Assembly (NCBI GenBank): GCA_011364925.1
Contig: RDOA01000055.1
Coordinates: forward strand, 1 to 22,941
DNA from: Promethearchaeota archaeon
GTDB taxonomy: Archaea > Asgardarchaeota > Lokiarchaeia > Sigyniarchaeales > SOKP01
Reading direction: 5' to 3'
Length of the DNA stretch: 22,941 bases
A model generated the notes under the pieces. The model was given only the letters and a program-made list of their open reading frames with translations. It searched no databases and had not been told where the DNA came from. Shown one piece after another: positions 17,945-22,941 of this stretch (within the stretch, counting starts at the first letter, position 1; each line of letters starts with the position of its first letter). The position numbers were made by a program, and so were the translations under genes.

Positions 17945-18126
17945 GGTCTATCATCTATGTATTGATTGTTAAAAAAATTATAATTCTAGATAGTAGATTG
18001 TGAATTTTTTATAATATCTAATTAATTGATACTATCATATATGAATATTTTTTAGTTTTAATAAGTTTACTATGGGAGCAAATTGGGAAATTTCTGCTAA
18101 TTTTGTTCTTGTACGATAGATTTTCT

Positions 18127-18939
18127 TTAGAAGTTCATATTTTTATTATCTAAAATCCATTTAAGTACTATTGAGAAAATTAATATTTCTTGATTATTCA
18201 TGCTGTGCCCTGCGTTATCTAATAAAACAGCCTGATTTTCCGGGATTTTAGCTTGTTTTTTGTTTAATTCAAAAGTAATCGCGTATGGGAATATGCTGTC
18301 CTTCTTTCCATGAATGAGATAAACTCGATTTTTATTATATTCTGAATCACTTTTAAGGAAAAAATGAGCTGTTATATGTAATACTTTTTCATTCTTTACT
18401 TTAGACATGACCCGTCTAACAAACCATCCTGCTGACAAAAAACGGAATTTAGCATTAAGTATTGACTCAATAGAATGTAAGGCACTTATTCCAACCACCA
18501 TTGCTACTCGTTTGTCAACGTAGCACTTAGTTAAAACAGATGTTCCACCCATTGATTTTCCAATGCAGCAAAGTGCTCCTTTTTTAGCATCCTCGAAATC
18601 AGAGACAAGATCAAGAACACTTTCAACATCACCGTATAATTTATACCATTCTGCTTTTTTACCTCCTGTCTCTCCGTGACCCCTTTGATCAATCCCTATG
18701 GTAAGATATCCCATATGAGCAAAAGCAATAAGAAAATATTCATTTTTTTCCTTATTTGCATGAAATCCATGAAAAAATAGAATTGTCGGTCTAGGTTCGG
18801 GATATCGTCTCCCTTTTTCAGTCTGAATAGTCTCAGAATAGGATCGATAAAATTTAGCTGAAGATTTCGTTCCATCGCTGTAATTGAAATCTACTATTTG
18901 CATGTTAATGGTTGCGTTAGACACTTCTCGAGAACTCAT
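18127..18939 (-). CDS. alpha/beta-fold serine hydrolase
   Basis: FFHGF, DQRGHGET, nucleophile elbow GKSMGG, HGKKD (Asp), AGH (His). Confidence 0.9.
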   Translation of the reverse strand: MSSREVSNATINMQIVDFNYSDGTKSSAKFYRSYSETIQTEKGRRYPEPRPTILFFHGFHANKEKNEYFLIAFAHMGYLTIGIDQRGHGETGGKKAEWYKLYGDVESVLDLVSDFEDAKKGALCCIGKSMGGTSVLTKCYVDKRVAMVVGISALHSIESILNAKFRFLSAGWFVRRVMSKVKNEKVLHITAHFFLKSDSEYNKNRVYLIHGKKDSIFPYAITFELNKKQAKIPENQAVLLDNAGHSMNNQEILIFSIVLKWILDNKNMNF

Positions 18940-19010
18940 TTGGACATCAGATAAGTTTCTTTTTTATTTAATGAGTAGAAAGTTTGAATAAGCTAAATTT
19001 GTTTCTAATT

Positions 19011-19343
19011 TTAGAATTTCAGAAATGAATGAAAGGTCCTTCCTTGAGCTTCTATAATGCATTCTTTTCCGTTAGGTGTTATTTTCAAAATTGCTTTATC
19101 AATTACCTCCATTGATATTCCTTCTTTTGGAAGAACTTGATGGAACCAATTGACAATTGATCTATAATACCTCTCAACATCGTCTTCATCCAATTTTGGA
19201 TTAAAAGTACCTTCTTTTAAATCGATTAATATCTCTCGTTCAGGAGTATAATGATAAAATGGATCTATCATATAGCCTTTTGAGTCTCCCGAAGATTCTC
19301 TCAGAACTTGATTTACAACTGATTTCAATCTGCTTAACTTCAA
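19011..19343 (-). CDS. hypothetical protein (110 aa)
   Basis: Clean ORF with protein-like composition filling an intergenic gap. TTG start, no motif recognised. Confidence 0.65.
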   Translation of the reverse strand: MKLSRLKSVVNQVLRESSGDSKGYMIDPFYHYTPEREILIDLKEGTFNPKLDEDDVERYYRSIVNWFHQVLPKEGISMEVIDKAILKITPNGKECIIEAQGRTFHSFLKF

Positions 19344-19681
19344 TTTGGTAATGTTATTCTTTTTTAATTATTTGATAATAATAGGAATCTCAATAATACT
19401 TTAATAGATTTTAGATAATAAAAGTATGAATTTCTTGAATTAATTTATTAATTGTATTTATGTTTAAAATTGTAGGTATTGAGGTTTTTTATATACATTT
19501 TGGGATTAGCAACAATACAAATAATAATTATATGAATAAAAAAAACCTACTATTCAAATATTGAAATGAATTTGTGTGGACGATACCCATTTCATCTCAT
19601 AAATAATTAATGCAAAAAAGATTAAATTTTATGGGGAATAAGTTCTCCTATCATTTTCATAATTTAAACAGTGTATTGTTT

Positions 19682-20938
19682 ATGGTTGAAGAAATAAATC
19701 CTTACGATGTAGCAAAAGCTCAAATTGATATTGTAGCGAAAGAAATGGGATTAGAGAAAAATATAGCGGAGTATCTCAAAAGAATCGAACGTGCGTTAAT
19801 AGTCACTATTCCAATTATAATGGATGATGGTTCATTAAAGATCTTTGAAGGCTATAGAGTGCATCATTCTACAGTTCGAGGTCCAGGTAAAGGTGGAATA
19901 AGATTCTCGATGGAAGTTACTTTAGACGAAGTAAAAGCTCTCGCAACTTGGATGACATGGAAAACTAGCTTATTGAACTTACCTTTGGGTGGAGCAAAGG
20001 GCGGAGTTCGCGTAGATCCTAGGAAACTTTCATTTAAAGAGTTAGAACGTCTTACAAGAAGATATACCGCTGAAATAATAAATGTTATAGGTCCGGATAT
20101 TGACATACCGGCGCCTGACATAAACACTAATTCCCAGATCATGGCCTGGATGATGGATGTATACTCAATGCAAAAAGGACGCTCGATCCCCGGAGTGGTA
20201 ACAGGAAAACCTGTGGAAATTGGCGGTTCAGTAGGTAGAGAACCGGCTACTGGTATGGGGATGTATTATGTGCTTCAAGCTTTATGCGAAAAAATGAACT
20301 TGGATTTAAAGTCGCAAAGAATAGTTATTCAGGGTCTTGGTAATGTAGGTGGTACGATTGCTGATATTTTATATAAGGAAGGCTGTAAAATATTGGCAGT
20401 GTCAGATATATCTACTGGAATTTACTGCGAGGATGGTTTAGAAATCGATAAATTATTAGAATGGGCAAAAGCTAGAAATGCCCTTATAGATTATAAAAAC
20501 GATAATTATAAGTTCATTACTAACCACGAATTGCTTACTACTAAATGTGATGTATTGATTCCTTCTGCTATAGAAAATCAAATAACCCAAGCTAATGCGG
20601 ATAAAATAGATTGTAAGATTATAGTAGAAGGTGCAAACGGACCAACCACTCCAGAAGCAGATAAAGTTCTTTTTAAAAAAGGGATACGTGTAATACCTGA
20701 TATACTTGCTAATAGTGGTGGCGTATGCGTATCATATTTTGAGTACATTCAAGATATCAACTCGTACTTCTGGAAACTCGACCGGATTAATGCAGAGCTT
20801 AAATCAATAATAATTGAAGCGTTTGAAGAAACATACAAAATATCAGAAGAGAGAAAAATACCTCTTAGAACGGCAGCATACATTATTGCGGTCTCAAGAA
20901 TTGCGAAAGCTATCGAACTGAGAGGATTTTTTCCTTAA
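19682..20938 (+). CDS. gdhA: glutamate dehydrogenase, paralogue 2
   Basis: GPGKGGIR, MTWK, LGGAKGG, DIPAPD, IQGLGNVG, EGANGPTT. ATG 19682 (MVEEINPY) aligns with paralogue 1's MSENLDPF and is preferred over 19610. Confidence 0.95.
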   Translation: MVEEINPYDVAKAQIDIVAKEMGLEKNIAEYLKRIERALIVTIPIIMDDGSLKIFEGYRVHHSTVRGPGKGGIRFSMEVTLDEVKALATWMTWKTSLLNLPLGGAKGGVRVDPRKLSFKELERLTRRYTAEIINVIGPDIDIPAPDINTNSQIMAWMMDVYSMQKGRSIPGVVTGKPVEIGGSVGREPATGMGMYYVLQALCEKMNLDLKSQRIVIQGLGNVGGTIADILYKEGCKILAVSDISTGIYCEDGLEIDKLLEWAKARNALIDYKNDNYKFITNHELLTTKCDVLIPSAIENQITQANADKIDCKIIVEGANGPTTPEADKVLFKKGIRVIPDILANSGGVCVSYFEYIQDINSYFWKLDRINAELKSIIIEAFEETYKISEERKIPLRTAAYIIAVSRIAKAIELRGFFP

Positions 20939-20983
20939 ATAAATTTTATTTTTTTAATAATTTTCCAACTCTACTCACGGTTC

Positions 20984-21832
20984 TTATTTGAATAGAAATA
21001 GCTGTAGAAAGAATTTGAATAAATTTAATTCGTTTAAGAGAGTCATGTTGGAAATTAAGTATTCAAAAATATTTTCTTCTATAAAATAGTGTAAGGTTAC
21101 ATAATAACCCTCTTCACTTTTTATCATTTCAGTGATTCTTCTTATTAAGTTGATAATCTGCTTTTCTACTACAAGCATATCGCAATTTCGTGGGTTTATA
21201 TTGATAATATTGATACCGGAAATAGGATCAAAAGAAATTTTTCTTAGTTCAGGATTTTGTTGAACATATTGATGGTTCAGGTAATTTTGAAACATTGACT
21301 CAATTTTTTGATATGTTGAATCCTTTTTCTCAGGAGTAAAATGGCCTTCAATTACATTAATCAATAAATTCAATATCTGCTGAAACACTCCTAAGATATC
21401 AATATATTCTGCAATTGTTGAGACACTTTCAGCTGTGATCCATTGATCATAGTACTCATCAATAATATCCTTAAATGGGTTAAAAAGTTCTGTATTGCCT
21501 TTCCATAAAACCTTCCAAGCTTCAATGTCTTTATAAACATATTGGTCAAGAAATGTCTGCATAATAATATTTAATCGAGCTTTAAGCATATTTGAGCTAA
21601 TGTCTTTTTCAGATGTTGCTACAAACAATAAATTCGACTCTTTATCTTCTAGATATGACCACCTTAGCCCTCCCATTTCAATGCTTTCAATACCTTCTTT
21701 GAGTTCGTAAGTAGTAAATTGGTTTAAAGCGGCTAAAAGTCCACTGATGAGATCCTCGTCTAAGGGTAAATCCATATAAGGCTTGTACAACAGAGTAATT
21801 CCACTTTCCGAATCAAGAATCCAAATATTCAA
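20984..21832 (-). CDS. longin-domain protein (Asgard eukaryotic-signature type) with helical C-terminal extension
   Basis: IWILDSESGITLL...DEDLISGLLAALNQF...IESIEMGG...LLFVATS...LNIIMQTFLDQY...WKGNTELFNPF fits the b-b-a-b-b-b-a-a longin pattern. Confidence 0.8.
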   Translation of the reverse strand: MNIWILDSESGITLLYKPYMDLPLDEDLISGLLAALNQFTTYELKEGIESIEMGGLRWSYLEDKESNLLFVATSEKDISSNMLKARLNIIMQTFLDQYVYKDIEAWKVLWKGNTELFNPFKDIIDEYYDQWITAESVSTIAEYIDILGVFQQILNLLINVIEGHFTPEKKDSTYQKIESMFQNYLNHQYVQQNPELRKISFDPISGINIININPRNCDMLVVEKQIINLIRRITEMIKSEEGYYVTLHYFIEENIFEYLISNMTLLNELNLFKFFLQLFLFK

Positions 21833-21918
21833 ACCAAATCCCCGATTTTAGAGTTTGTCAATAGGTATATAAAATTACCATTTAATAAATGATTATTTTT
21901 AGAAAAAATTTTTTTAAT

Positions 21919-22413
21919 TCACAAGAAATCTTGAAGGTCTTTTGTTTTGCAACATTTCTCTACATTTCTTAACATATCAGAGATTTTTCGCTGTAATACT
22001 AGATCAGCGCCACCTCCGAGTAGATTAAGAAATTCACTGGTTAAGGTAAAAGTTTCAATAAAAACACCCAGTTTAGATTTTGTGTTAGAAAGGGGTTTTA
22101 TTCTTATACGACCTTCTAATTCTCTAATATCTTTATTATTTCTAACGTTGAACTCGATTAAACGCCCTTTTTCTGCGTCTTCTCCCTTATCTGAAAGCAA
22201 TAATTCCCCTTCCATTTCAATTGGAATTTTAACTAAATCAATTTCATCGTAAATTTTTGTATGAAGTACATTAGGCGCGATAAATTGTGCCTCCATTTTT
22301 TTCGAGGGATTAATTTCTTCCCAAAAAGCAGATGTATAGAGTGCTTTAAAAAGTTGTTCGTTATTACAATTATTAACTTCCAATACTTTTGAAATCTTAG
22401 CCAATTTTACCAC
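21919..22413 (-). CDS. hypothetical protein, possible SRPBCC/START (helix-grip) fold
   Basis: Strand, then EQLFKALY...WEEINP, a run of strands and a long C-terminal helix. 164 aa. Confidence 0.55.
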   Translation of the reverse strand: MVKLAKISKVLEVNNCNNEQLFKALYTSAFWEEINPSKKMEAQFIAPNVLHTKIYDEIDLVKIPIEMEGELLLSDKGEDAEKGRLIEFNVRNNKDIRELEGRIRIKPLSNTKSKLGVFIETFTLTSEFLNLLGGGADLVLQRKISDMLRNVEKCCKTKDLQDFL

Positions 22414-22494
22414 TATTTATTATTTTTCGTATTTATTAATAAAATTGGAAAGTTTATAATCTTTGATATTACATACCACAAATGTAAGGATGGT

Positions 22495-22563
22495 AGCCTC
22501 AGACTTCCTTGATTATTTCATGTTTAGAACCTCTAAATCATGCTGTTGCATTCATCATTGGCT
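22495..22563 (-). ncRNA. box C/D methylation-guide sRNA
   Basis: The minus strand reads AGCC-A-[C: AUGAUGA]-AUGCAACAGC-[D': AUGA]-UUUAGA-GGU-UCUAAA-C-[C': AUGAAAU]-AAUCAAGGAAGU-[D: CUGA]-GGCU. It has perfect C and D boxes, a terminal stem and 10-12 nt guides, and is intergenic. Confidence 0.8.
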
Positions 22564-22621
22564 TTTAAAATTGTGAATTTGAATTAAAAAGGAGCATATA
22601 ATTTGTTATTTTAAATAAAAG

Positions 22622-22819
22622 TTAAGCCCGAAACAGCTTACTTTCTTTTAGACTCCGTTCCTCTTTACAGTTAGGACAAATCCATGTTGTCTCATTCTTT
22701 TTTACCGAATTGATACACGTATCGCAAATCGTAATGTCGCAAATACAATATGAACATTTATCAAGTTTATCCGCGCAATCTTTCCCACATATAAAACATT
22801 TCGTATGACTATTCGACAT
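22622..22819 (-). CDS. stand-alone C4C4 RING-type zinc finger protein
   Basis: C-x2-C-x13-C-x-C-x4-C-x2-C-x12-C-x2-C. Confidence 0.75.
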   Translation of the reverse strand: MSNSHTKCFICGKDCADKLDKCSYCICDITICDTCINSVKKNETTWICPNCKEERSLKESKLFRA

Positions 22820-22941
22820 TTCTATTTAATAATTTAAAATCTTTAATAATATACATTATTATGATTAGTATTAATTAAATTTATCAAAATTTCTGGACAA
22901 ATGGAAAACCTTAAATCACTAATTCGATTGCTTTCTCTTTT

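Noticed and set aside
6989-19681. NrpR operator (GGAA-N6-TTCC) upstream of the nitrogen genes
   Set aside because: No correctly spaced match was seen by eye in the intergenic regions before hdrBC-gltB or either gdh.
1076-22252. short overlapping or antisense ORFs in the track (1076, 2125, 4198, 4401, 8689, 9711, 9823, 10017, 10429, 13995, 14208, 16917, 17441, 19864, 21947)
   Set aside because: All lie within or largely overlap better-supported genes and show no motifs, so they are treated as shadow ORFs.

Overview
This is an AT-rich archaeal window, most consistent with an Asgard archaeon (Lokiarchaeia-like). That assignment is inferred from a longin-domain gene, a three-gene split glutamate synthase, BRE/TATA promoters and a C/D-box sRNA. 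From left to right: (1) the 3' end of an HD-domain (SpoT/Mesh1-like) hydrolase and a small basic ORF; (2) a minus-strand operon of PadR, a tandem-HAAS membrane protein and an ABC exporter, with a palindromic operator; (3) a ~1 kb non-coding region ahead of a small winged-helix gene and a zinc-ribbon gene; (4) a structured leader followed by an operon joining an HdrB-HdrC fusion (start codon out of frame) to gltB1/B2/B3; (5) pepF, guaA, an exported protein, two glutamate dehydrogenase paralogues, an alpha/beta hydrolase, a longin protein and an SRPBCC-like protein; (6) an unannotated C/D-box guide RNA and a Not4-type C4C4 RING finger gene. The best candidate for an undescribed system is a heterodisulfide-reductase-linked glutamate synthase preceded by a possible RNA switch. 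All calls come from reading motifs by eye; no searches were run.
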